Origin: Promethearchaeati archaeon
GTDB lineage: Archaea; Asgardarchaeota; Heimdallarchaeia; JABLTI01
Direction: 5' to 3'
NCBI GenBank assembly: GCA_013166835.1
Contig: JABLTI010000049.1
Span: 1 to 17,901, forward strand
Length of the DNA stretch: 17,901 nt
Positions within the stretch are counted from its first letter, which is position 1, and the number at the start of each line of letters is the position of its first letter. Both the position numbers and the translations under genes were made by a program. Below the pieces are notes generated by a model. The model searched no databases and was not told where the DNA came from. It worked only from the letters and a program-made list of their open reading frames with translations. Positions 8,462 through 16,286 of this stretch are shown here, piece by piece.

Positions 8462-9385
8462 TTAATCAAATACTTTTGTATCCAAAACGATTGGACCTAA
8501 ATTTGATATGGAATCAATCCAAATTTTAGCATTTGGGTCGTAATTATCAATAATATTACTGCATTCCTCTAAATCATAAATATCTCCAACAGCGAATAAT
8601 GAATCTCCCAACATAACCATACTTGCAGAGTATTCATCTTCCCTTAGATAGGTAATTAATTTCTTTAGTTTCTCAGACATTAATCCCGTTTTATCTGTAA
8701 ATTCAAAGCTAACTCGTAAAAATTCTTCTAAAGTAGGTTTCTCATTTAATTCTTGAAGTAATTGTTTTGAATATTTGTTTATTTTTTCAATCATTTCAGG
8801 ACTAGTAATAATGTCCTTTGTAGACATTGTCCCAATAGAAGCTAAAAGGATCAATTCATCAATAGGCCAAGAAAATTCCTTAATTACACCCACTCCTGGA
8901 GCACCGGGTTCCAATCTTATTTCTGCTCCTCCTTGTAGTTGGGAAATTACATCACCAAGACCTGTTCGACATACTACTTCTGCTGTATGAGCTATCTGCC
9001 CTAATTCCTCTTCAGATTTCTTTGTATCAAAAAATTCGTTTAATGCAAAAGCAGTGCCAAGAGCTCCTGCACCACTTGTTCCAAAACCAGCCTGTATTGG
9101 TAATGGGCTTTTGTGTTGAATAATTAAAGCTGAATCTTTAATTTGATCAGTGAAACTCTTTGCAACTTCTAAACTAACTACTCCGTCTATTTTTTGATCA
9201 TTAAAATATACTTCATGAATTTCATCATAAATTTCTTTAAGAGAAATTCTTGTAACAACACGTTTACTTATAGAAAAACCAGCACCTCGAGAGCCCATTT
9301 TTAGTGGATCGTCATTTTCTACTATTTGAAATAAACCAGTAATGTGTGCAGGGACAGACCAATTACTCGAGTATTTAGTGTTCAT
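8462..9385 (-). CDS. pok: Archaeal pantoate kinase (GHMP kinase family)
   Basis: 'PAHITGLF', 'GSRGAGF', GHMP loop 'PIQAGFGTSGAGAL', 'AHTAEVVCRTGLGDV', 'IRLEPGAPG', 'SMVMLG'. Adjacent to pps. Confidence 0.93.
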   Translation of the reverse strand: MNTKYSSNWSVPAHITGLFQIVENDDPLKMGSRGAGFSISKRVVTRISLKEIYDEIHEVYFNDQKIDGVVSLEVAKSFTDQIKDSALIIQHKSPLPIQAGFGTSGAGALGTAFALNEFFDTKKSEEELGQIAHTAEVVCRTGLGDVISQLQGGAEIRLEPGAPGVGVIKEFSWPIDELILLASIGTMSTKDIITSPEMIEKINKYSKQLLQELNEKPTLEEFLRVSFEFTDKTGLMSEKLKKLITYLREDEYSASMVMLGDSLFAVGDIYDLEECSNIIDNYDPNAKIWIDSISNLGPIVLDTKVFD

Positions 9386-9542
9386 TAGTTTTCAACTGTT
9401 TACAAGCTACTCTTTATTTAAGTAATTACTTCTAAATCTATTTAACCAGAAAAACTTTTTAATTTCCGTAAGTTACTACAAAGAGAATAATTAGAATCTA
9501 TTACTATAAATGATAACTATTAACAGGAGAAATTAGTCAGAA

Positions 9543-10466
9543 ATGACAGAAGTACTAGCTATCGAAGATAAGTCAGAATATTCTTTTACCAAATTTATTG
9601 GATCCTTAGCTCTAGTAATTGTTGTTTATGCAATTGCTTTTGGAGCTGCATTTGGTATTGGTTTTGGTTTAACAAAATTGGGTTGGCATACTTTATGGAT
9701 AACACTTGTTGCTGATGTTGGTGCGACAATTGTGGTGTTCATTTTTAGCGTTATTTTCAATAATATCAGTTTTTACGATCCTTATTGGAGTGTTCAACCA
9801 ATTTTTATTGCGGTTTATTGGATGCTACTTAATCCTGCAACCGGTCCTCAACTAATGCGACAAATAATTGTTGTAAGTTGTGTTTCTTTCTGGGGTGTAA
9901 GATTAACTCTTAACTGGATTAGAGGTTGGAAAGGATTGCACCATGAAGATTGGCGTTATACTAAATACCGCAAAGACCAACCTAAACTGTTTTGGGGAAT
10001 TGCTTTTACAGGTTTAGAAATGATGCCTACATTAATTGTATTCCTTGGTTGTGTAGCAATGTATCCAGCTATTGCACTTAGTACAAAAGCATTCAATTGG
10101 GCAGATGTAATTGCTATAATCATAACTATTGGAGCAACTTGGTATGAATTCATCGCTGATGAACAAATGAAAATTTTCTGCAAAGTGAATCCTGAAAAAA
10201 ACAAAGTAATGGATGTAGGATTATGGGCTGCTTCAAGACACCCAAATTATTTTGCTGAAATTAGTTTCTGGTTAGGATTATTTTTCTTTGCCTTAGCTGC
10301 TGATTACACCTGGTGGTGGACAATTGCTGGTTTTGTAGCGATGGTTATTTTATTCATGGTCATTAGTATACCCTTAATCGAGAAGAAACAGCTGGCTAAA
10401 AGACCGGATTATGCTGATTATGTCAAACGTGTTTCAAAGATCATCCCATGGTTTCCGAAAAACTGA
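9543..10466 (+). CDS. DUF1295 family integral membrane protein (steroid 5-alpha-reductase-like)
   Basis: Multiple TM helices, 'YDPYWS', 'WGVRLT', 'EDWRY', 'ADEQM', 'GLWAASRHPNYFAE', 'Y..Y...VS..IPW'. SD CAGGAG at about 9523-9528. Confidence 0.88.
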   Translation: MTEVLAIEDKSEYSFTKFIGSLALVIVVYAIAFGAAFGIGFGLTKLGWHTLWITLVADVGATIVVFIFSVIFNNISFYDPYWSVQPIFIAVYWMLLNPATGPQLMRQIIVVSCVSFWGVRLTLNWIRGWKGLHHEDWRYTKYRKDQPKLFWGIAFTGLEMMPTLIVFLGCVAMYPAIALSTKAFNWADVIAIIITIGATWYEFIADEQMKIFCKVNPEKNKVMDVGLWAASRHPNYFAEISFWLGLFFFALAADYTWWWTIAGFVAMVILFMVISIPLIEKKQLAKRPDYADYVKRVSKIIPWFPKN

Positions 10467-10490
10467 AACCATTCTTCCCCTTTTTTCTAT

Positions 10491-10955
10491 CTATTCTAAG
10501 TAAAGATACATTTCAGGATTACCTGTTTTGAATCCTTGTTTTTCATAGAGAGGTTTGCCCATTGGGGTGGCATATAATTTAACGGCAATTATATCTCGAT
10601 TATTTGCTTCTTCTAGAAGCTTCTTTAAAATTGCAGTACCTATCCCCTTATTTCTCCATTCAGGTTTAGTATACATATTCATGATATAAGCTTCTTTTCC
10701 GCTAATGTTCCAAAATTGAGGTACTCTCTGAATAGTAATTAATCCACTAGTGGCAATAATCTCATTATTTGCTATAGCTAACCAGGCAATGAAGTTTCCA
10801 GAAGACATTTCCTTCTCAAGATAATTACTCATAACTTCTCGATATTTAGCTATTTTTTCCTCAGGATATTCCAGCCGAACTTCTTTTATGAATTCAATTC
10901 TTAATTCAGCTAATTGTGGAATATCATCTTTGGTTGCTAATCGTAAAGAGAACAT
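10491..10955 (-). CDS. GNAT family N-acetyltransferase
   Basis: 'LRLATKDDI', acetyl-CoA motif 'NMYTKPEWRNKGIGT', 'LYATPMGKPLYEKQGF'. ATG 10955 preferred to TTG 10964. Confidence 0.9.
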   Translation of the reverse strand: MFSLRLATKDDIPQLAELRIEFIKEVRLEYPEEKIAKYREVMSNYLEKEMSSGNFIAWLAIANNEIIATSGLITIQRVPQFWNISGKEAYIMNMYTKPEWRNKGIGTAILKKLLEEANNRDIIAVKLYATPMGKPLYEKQGFKTGNPEMYLYLE

Positions 10956-11067
10956 AAAATACAATACACATAATGCATTTTAATGTTTAATATCAATCTC
11001 AGTTTTTGATGAGATGAATAAAAGAACTTAATTGCTAAAACCTAACGATGGAAACAAGGTTATTCAA

Positions 11068-12882
11068 ATGTCTAAGAGTGCTCCGAGCAAACGATCAACA
11101 AAAACAAGGATTCCAATTGTGAATCTTGATCGTTGCCAGCCTGCAACTTGTGGACATGTGTGTATCAAGATTTGCCCATTAAATAAAAAGACCAAAGTTG
11201 TTTATCCAGATAAAGTGACGAAAAAAGCAAGAATTAATAGTAAGAAGTGTATCGCATGTGGTATCTGCGTTAATGTATGTCCTACACATGCAATTTCGAT
11301 GGTTGGTTTACCTGTTGAATTGAAAGATGATCCAATCCATCAATTTGGTGAAAATTCCTTTCGATTGTACGGTTTACCGTTTCTTGTTAAAGGTAAAGTT
11401 ACAGGTTTAATTGGAGCAAATGGTATCGGTAAAACTACTGTTATGGAAATCCTCTCAGGGAAATTGGTACCAAATGGAGGAAACTATCAAATAGAAGATT
11501 TAGATTTGAATTATGTTTTATCAAATCTGCAACTCTCAGTTCAAAAGGCATATTTTCGATCATTGAAAAATAATCGAGTGAGAATTTCGTATAAAGAGCA
11601 AGTTCTTTCCAAATACCTGAATAAAAAAGAAACAATTCAAGAAATTCTTAAGAGAGAGGATGAATTAGGACAAATTAAAACACTGATAAAAGATTTGCAA
11701 TTAGAGAGTTTTCTTGAAAGAAAATTTGAGCATTTATCAGGTGGAGAAAGACAAAGATTTGCCATTGCTGTAGCCTTAAGTAAAGATGCAAATGTCTATC
11801 TCATTGATGAACCAGGGAATTTCTTAGATATCAAGCAACGATTGAAACTAGCGAGCCTTTTCCACAGGATTGCAAAGCAAGACAAAACTGTTCTTGTTGT
11901 TGAGCACGATATAACTATTTTGGATTATCTTAGTGATCAGATACAAGCTCTTTGGGGAACTCCTCATGCTTTCGGAGTTGTTTCTGGAGTTAAAGGAGTC
12001 AAAGGTGGAATAAACGCTTATCTTACTGGTCATCTTAAGGAAGAGAATATTACATTTAGAAGTAAAGGAATTTCATTTCTAAGAGTTGTAAAAGAAAGAA
12101 AATGGGATACAATACCAATTTATGTTAAATTCACAACTTTGTGGAAGAAGTTCGATAAGTTCCGATTAAAGGTTTCTCCGGGGCAAGTCCATAAGGGCGA
12201 GACTCTTGTTATTATAGGTGAAAATGGAATTGGTAAAACTACTTTTGTTAAAATGCTTGCTGGTGTTTTAGCTCCTGACAGAGGTTCTGCCGATGTTATG
12301 GCTACAGTTTCATATAAACCACAATTTATCACTCGAGATTATGAGGGAACTGTAAATGAATTCATCTCAAATTTTTCAGGAAGATACACTGGCGAACAAA
12401 TCCTCAAGCAAACCTTTTACCAACCACTTGGTATTGAACATCTTTTTGATAAACAAGTCAAAGATCTAAGTGGTGGCGAATTGCAAAGAGTATTCATTGG
12501 TGCATGTCTAACAAAAAGAGCGGATCTTTACCTTATTGATGAACCCGCTGCTTTTTTGGATGTAGAAGAGAGAATTAAAGTTGCGAGAATAATTCGTAAT
12601 GCTGCTAGTCTTTACAATGCTTCAGTTATAGCCATTGAGCACGACATGCAAATTGCAGACATTCTTGGAGATCGAGTCATGTTATTCTTAGGGGAACCTG
12701 GAGAGAAAGGATATACTGTAGGACCAATGGGTAAAAGAGATGGAATGAATCATTTTCTAAAAACTTTGAACATTACTTTTAGGCGTGATGCTGAAACTGG
12801 GAGAGCAAGGATCAATAAAGGCGGGAGTAGGTTAGATCGCGAGCAAAGAGAAAGCGGGGAATTTTTCTTTGAACGCAATTAA
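11068..12882 (+). CDS. ABCE1: ABCE1/RLI ribosome recycling ATPase with N-terminal 2x[4Fe-4S] domain
   Basis: Eight Cys (CQPATCGHVCIKICP...CIACGICVNVCP), two Walker A (GANGIGKT, GENGIGKT), two LSGGE, two DEP and two EHD motifs, C-terminal 'ITFRRD.ETGR.RINK'. Start is 11068 or 11032. Confidence 0.93.
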   Translation: MSKSAPSKRSTKTRIPIVNLDRCQPATCGHVCIKICPLNKKTKVVYPDKVTKKARINSKKCIACGICVNVCPTHAISMVGLPVELKDDPIHQFGENSFRLYGLPFLVKGKVTGLIGANGIGKTTVMEILSGKLVPNGGNYQIEDLDLNYVLSNLQLSVQKAYFRSLKNNRVRISYKEQVLSKYLNKKETIQEILKREDELGQIKTLIKDLQLESFLERKFEHLSGGERQRFAIAVALSKDANVYLIDEPGNFLDIKQRLKLASLFHRIAKQDKTVLVVEHDITILDYLSDQIQALWGTPHAFGVVSGVKGVKGGINAYLTGHLKEENITFRSKGISFLRVVKERKWDTIPIYVKFTTLWKKFDKFRLKVSPGQVHKGETLVIIGENGIGKTTFVKMLAGVLAPDRGSADVMATVSYKPQFITRDYEGTVNEFISNFSGRYTGEQILKQTFYQPLGIEHLFDKQVKDLSGGELQRVFIGACLTKRADLYLIDEPAAFLDVEERIKVARIIRNAASLYNASVIAIEHDMQIADILGDRVMLFLGEPGEKGYTVGPMGKRDGMNHFLKTLNITFRRDAETGRARINKGGSRLDREQRESGEFFFERN

Positions 12883-12924
12883 TGTATTGCTGAATTGATT
12901 TCCTTAATTAATAGATTGAATAAC

Positions 12925-12940
12925 AGAAACTTTTAATAAA
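12925..12940 (+). promoter_or_regulatory. Putative archaeal BRE-TATA promoter for the tyrS leader
   Basis: AGAAAC-TTTTAATAAA, a purine-rich tract followed by a TATA-like box. A similar AGAAAAAC-TTTTTAA lies upstream of DUF1295 (~9448-9462). Predicted TSS about 12958-12963. Confidence 0.45.
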
Positions 12941-12958
12941 TTAAGAATTCAGTTTTTT

Positions 12959-13068
12959 CTAGAGGCAAAATAACTTGAATTATTCCTACCCTTATATATA
13001 GGGTGCAAACATTCATTGATTCTTTATTGTGTTTGTGCCCCTGCTAGAACAAGTCTAGTTGCCTTTAG
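12959..13068 (+). ncRNA. Candidate structured RNA (tyrS 5' leader or small ncRNA)
   Basis: Manual pairing: closing stem 12959-12968/13059-13068 enclosing hairpins 12969-12984, 13001-13040 and 13044-13058. The non-Watson-Crick pairs in these stems are G-U on the + strand. Confidence 0.5.
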
Positions 13069-13111
13069 TTTTGTGGCATATTAGAACTGGATAATTGAGG
13101 AGCTACAAAAA

Positions 13112-14206
13112 ATGAAAATGGAAGAAAAAATACGAGTGATCACGAGAAATGCAGAAGAAGTGATCAGAACTGAAGAGATCGAACCTCTCTTCAAACGGAA
13201 AAAGAAACCAAATGCTTACATTGGTTTCGAGTTAAGCGGGAAACTGCACATAGGAAATGGTTTGCTTTGCGCAATGAAAATGCACGACTTAGTTGATGCA
13301 GGTGTACATATGACCATTTTTCTCGCTGACTGGCATAGTTGGGTTAATAATAAACTAGATGGCGATTTGGAGAAAATCCGAATTTCTGGTGAATACTTTA
13401 TTGATGGTTACAAAGCACTTGGCTTAACAGAAGATAAAGTAACTTTTCGTTGGTCAAACGAACTAGTAGATAATGCAGATTATTGGGCTACTGTTATTAA
13501 GGTCGCCAAAGGTACCTCTCTTAATAGAGCACTTCGAGCTTTACCTATTATGGGTCGAACAATGGCTACCGAAGATATGGAAAGCGCTTGGTTATACTAT
13601 CCAGCAATGCAGGCTGCTGATATCTTTTACATGGATATTGATATTGCTTACGCAGGTATGGATCAAAGAAAAGCTCATATGATTACTCGAGATGTTGCTC
13701 CTAAACTAGGCAAACCTAAACCAATTACACTTCATACTCCTCTAATTGCTGGTTTAACTGGTGCTGGTTCAAAAATGGATTCCGATGCTGACCCGGATCT
13801 GGCAAAGATTGAAGCGAAGATGAGTAAATCCAAACCAGAAACTTGTGTTTTCATACATGATACTGAAGAGGATTTGAAACGCAAATTTAAGAAAGCTTAT
13901 TGCCCAGCAAAAGAAGTTGATGGTAATCCTATAATTGAAATCGCAAAATACGTAATTTTTGCTCGAGACAAAGCATCACTAAATATTACTCGTCCTGAAA
14001 AATTCGGTGGCGATCTTGAATATATCAAATATAGTGATCTTGAGAAAGATTATGTTGCTGGTAAACTACATCCACTCGATTTGAAAAATGCTGTAGCTCA
14101 AGGACTTGGAAAGATCCTCGAACCAGTTCACAAGTACTTTGAGAAGAAACCAGAAACACTTGAAGCAGTAGAAAAAATGCTAGGAGAAACTAAGAAGAAA
14201 CGCTAG
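13112..14206 (+). CDS. tyrS: Tyrosine--tRNA ligase, archaeal/eukaryotic type
   Basis: 'YIGFELSGKLHIGN' (HIGH), 'LADWHSW', 'YYPAMQAADIF', 'GMDQRKAH', 'KMSKS', 'KKAYCP', 'LHPLDLK'. SD GAGGAG at 13097-13102. Confidence 0.96.
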   Translation: MKMEEKIRVITRNAEEVIRTEEIEPLFKRKKKPNAYIGFELSGKLHIGNGLLCAMKMHDLVDAGVHMTIFLADWHSWVNNKLDGDLEKIRISGEYFIDGYKALGLTEDKVTFRWSNELVDNADYWATVIKVAKGTSLNRALRALPIMGRTMATEDMESAWLYYPAMQAADIFYMDIDIAYAGMDQRKAHMITRDVAPKLGKPKPITLHTPLIAGLTGAGSKMDSDADPDLAKIEAKMSKSKPETCVFIHDTEEDLKRKFKKAYCPAKEVDGNPIIEIAKYVIFARDKASLNITRPEKFGGDLEYIKYSDLEKDYVAGKLHPLDLKNAVAQGLGKILEPVHKYFEKKPETLEAVEKMLGETKKKR

Positions 14207-14229
14207 AATTTTTTTTCTTCTTTATTTTT
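14207..14229 (+). terminator. Oligo-T archaeal terminator candidate after tyrS
   Basis: AATTTTTTTTCTTCTTTATTTTT directly after the stop codon. Confidence 0.45.
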
Positions 14230-14599
14230 GTCTTTGAGATAATTGTAAGAAATTCCCTTCAGGATCTTTAAAGGTAGCAACCAAAGTTGATCCTACATCA
14301 GTTATTTTTTCTTCTCCATAGAATTCAATGCTTTTCTTTTCTAATTCTTCAACAGCAGTTTTAATATTTGAAACTTTAAATGAAATTACAATCGGCTGTT
14401 GTTCTAACTGTGAAGGTTTTGGTCCACCATAATCAAGAGCAAATCTGGTTGTCGGTCGTTCATCTTTTAAGGTGAATTCCTGCCACCCCAAATCGGGTGT
14501 TTTATGGTCAATTTTTAATCCCAGCTTTTCTTGGTACCATTCAGCCATTTTTTCTGGATTTTTCACATGAATAAATACAACATCTACACCAATTATCAT
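14222..14599 (-). CDS. VOC (glyoxalase/bleomycin resistance) family protein
   Basis: 125 aa, 'FIHVKN...WYQEKLGL', 'ISFKVSNI', 'ATFKDPEGNFLQL'. Confidence 0.9.
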   Translation of the reverse strand: MIIGVDVVFIHVKNPEKMAEWYQEKLGLKIDHKTPDLGWQEFTLKDERPTTRFALDYGGPKPSQLEQQPIVISFKVSNIKTAVEELEKKSIEFYGEEKITDVGSTLVATFKDPEGNFLQLSQRQK

Positions 14600-14622
14600 A
14601 GACTATACTTTCTTCACCACAA

Positions 14623-14630
14623 TTTATAAA
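14623..14630. promoter_or_regulatory. Palindromic TATA box between divergent VOC and ggt genes
   Basis: TTTATAAA reads identically on both strands. It lies ~24 nt from the VOC ATG and ~33 nt from the ggt ATG. Confidence 0.5.
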
Positions 14631-14662
14631 AATTAAGCAACTAAATTCGATTAGGGTTGGTT

Positions 14663-16258
14663 ATGTACGAAAGCAGGTTCTCTCATCGTTCAATGATTGT
14701 TAGCAAAAATGGTGTGGTTGCATCTAGTCAGCCTTTAGCAGTTCAAGCAGGTATTGATATCTTAAAGAAAGGAGGTAATGCAATAGACGCTGCTATTGCA
14801 GTAGCTACAACACTTAATATTGTCGAACCTATGAGTTGTGGTATTGGGGGAGATGCTTTTGCATTAATATTTAGTAAAAAGGATAACAAACTCCATTCCT
14901 TAAATGCAAGTGGTTGGGCTCCTAAGAATTTATCCATTGATTATTTCGAGGAGAAAGGAATGGATAAAATACCAGAATTAGGTTTAGAAGCTGTTAGTAT
15001 TCCAGGAGCTGTTAGTGGTTTTGCTAAAGCTCTGGAAAGATTTGGCACTATGAGTTTCAAGGAAGTACTAGAACCTGCCATCTATTATGCTGAAAAGGGA
15101 TTCCCTGTTAGTGAACTTGTAGGCTCTTCTTGGCATCGAGCAGTGGAAAAATTACATACTCATAAAGCGACAGCTAAGAATTATTTGCCTAAAGGTGTTG
15201 CTCCTCGAGTAGGAGAGACTTTTTATTCTAAGGACATTGCTAAAACTTTCAAATTAATTGCAAAGGGTGGAGCTGAGGAATTCTATAAAGGTTCTATTGC
15301 AAAGAAAATAGTTGAATTTTCAGAAAAAAATAATGGTTTCTTCACTCTTGAAGACTTTGCAGCATTTGAGGCAAAATGGGATGATCCAATTAGTAGTAAG
15401 TATAAGGATTATGAAGTATTTCAATGTCCACCTAATGGTCAAGGTATTGCAACCCTATTAGGCTTAAACATTACAAAAGGCTTTGAAATGGATTCTATGA
15501 TTCATAATTCTTCACAATATCTTCACTTACTTATTGAAGCGAAAAAACTAGCATGGGCTGATCTTAGAACTTTTGCTGCTGACCCTGAATTTAATAAATT
15601 ACCCCTTGAAGAATTGTTATCTGATGATTATTCCACTAAACAACAAAATCGAATTGACTTGAATAAAGCAGCAGAGAATGTGTCTCCAGGATTAGATTGG
15701 TCACATGGCGATACAATCTATCTATCCGTTATCGATAAGGACAGAAATGTTGTTTCATTTATCAATAGTCTCTATATGGGATTTGGTTCAGGAATCGTTG
15801 CGGAAGGGACTGGAATTTGCTTGCAAAACAGAGGAAGTCTTTTCTCATTAGATAGAAAGCATTTGAATTCCCTTGAACCTAGAAAGAGACCCTTCCAAAC
15901 AATTATTCCAGGCATGGCATTTCAAAACGACTTGCCGGTGCTTAATTTTGGAGTAATGGGTGGAGATATGCAACCACAAGGGCAAATGCAAGTGTTTCTT
16001 AATCTTGTAGATTTCGGAATGAATGTCCAGCAAGCAATTGAAGCCTCAAGATTCAGACACTATGATGATAATTTTGTAGCTTTAGAAGAAGGCATTGATT
16101 TGAAAACAAGAGTTGAATTGATTAACAAAGGACACAAGTTACGATCAAATATCAGAGAATTCTTCGGTGGTGCTCAAGCCATTGCTATTGATTATGAAAA
16201 TGATGTTTTATTTGGCGGTTCTGATCCCAGAAGAGATGGCTGTGCAATAGGTTATTGA
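14663..16258 (+). CDS. ggt: Gamma-glutamyltransferase family Ntn-hydrolase (no signal peptide)
   Basis: 'GGNAIDAAIA', 'EPMSCGIGGD', 'IPGAV', 'PPNGQG', autocleavage Thr in 'GDTIYLSVID', 'NSLYMGFGSG', 'LQNRG', 'PRKRPFQTIIP', 'GVMGGDMQPQG', 'SDPRRDG'. ATG 14663 preferred to TTG 14657. Confidence 0.93.
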   Translation: MYESRFSHRSMIVSKNGVVASSQPLAVQAGIDILKKGGNAIDAAIAVATTLNIVEPMSCGIGGDAFALIFSKKDNKLHSLNASGWAPKNLSIDYFEEKGMDKIPELGLEAVSIPGAVSGFAKALERFGTMSFKEVLEPAIYYAEKGFPVSELVGSSWHRAVEKLHTHKATAKNYLPKGVAPRVGETFYSKDIAKTFKLIAKGGAEEFYKGSIAKKIVEFSEKNNGFFTLEDFAAFEAKWDDPISSKYKDYEVFQCPPNGQGIATLLGLNITKGFEMDSMIHNSSQYLHLLIEAKKLAWADLRTFAADPEFNKLPLEELLSDDYSTKQQNRIDLNKAAENVSPGLDWSHGDTIYLSVIDKDRNVVSFINSLYMGFGSGIVAEGTGICLQNRGSLFSLDRKHLNSLEPRKRPFQTIIPGMAFQNDLPVLNFGVMGGDMQPQGQMQVFLNLVDFGMNVQQAIEASRFRHYDDNFVALEEGIDLKTRVELINKGHKLRSNIREFFGGAQAIAIDYENDVLFGGSDPRRDGCAIGY

Positions 16259-16286
16259 TGAAAAAATAAAAGAAAAATAGTTACTA

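Noticed and set aside
12959-13068. tRNA, 5S rRNA, canonical T-box, TPP riboswitch or SECIS as the identity of the structured element
   Set aside because: No T-loop GTTC or D-loop GG in register, no 5S conserved motifs, no GGTGG.ACC T-box consensus, no CTGAGA TPP motif, and no in-frame UGA in the flanking genes.
13760-13835. Apparent duplicated KM motif (SKMDS...AKMSKS) in TyrRS as a novel insertion
   Set aside because: Variable insertions before KMSKS are known in a subset of archaeal TyrRS enzymes.
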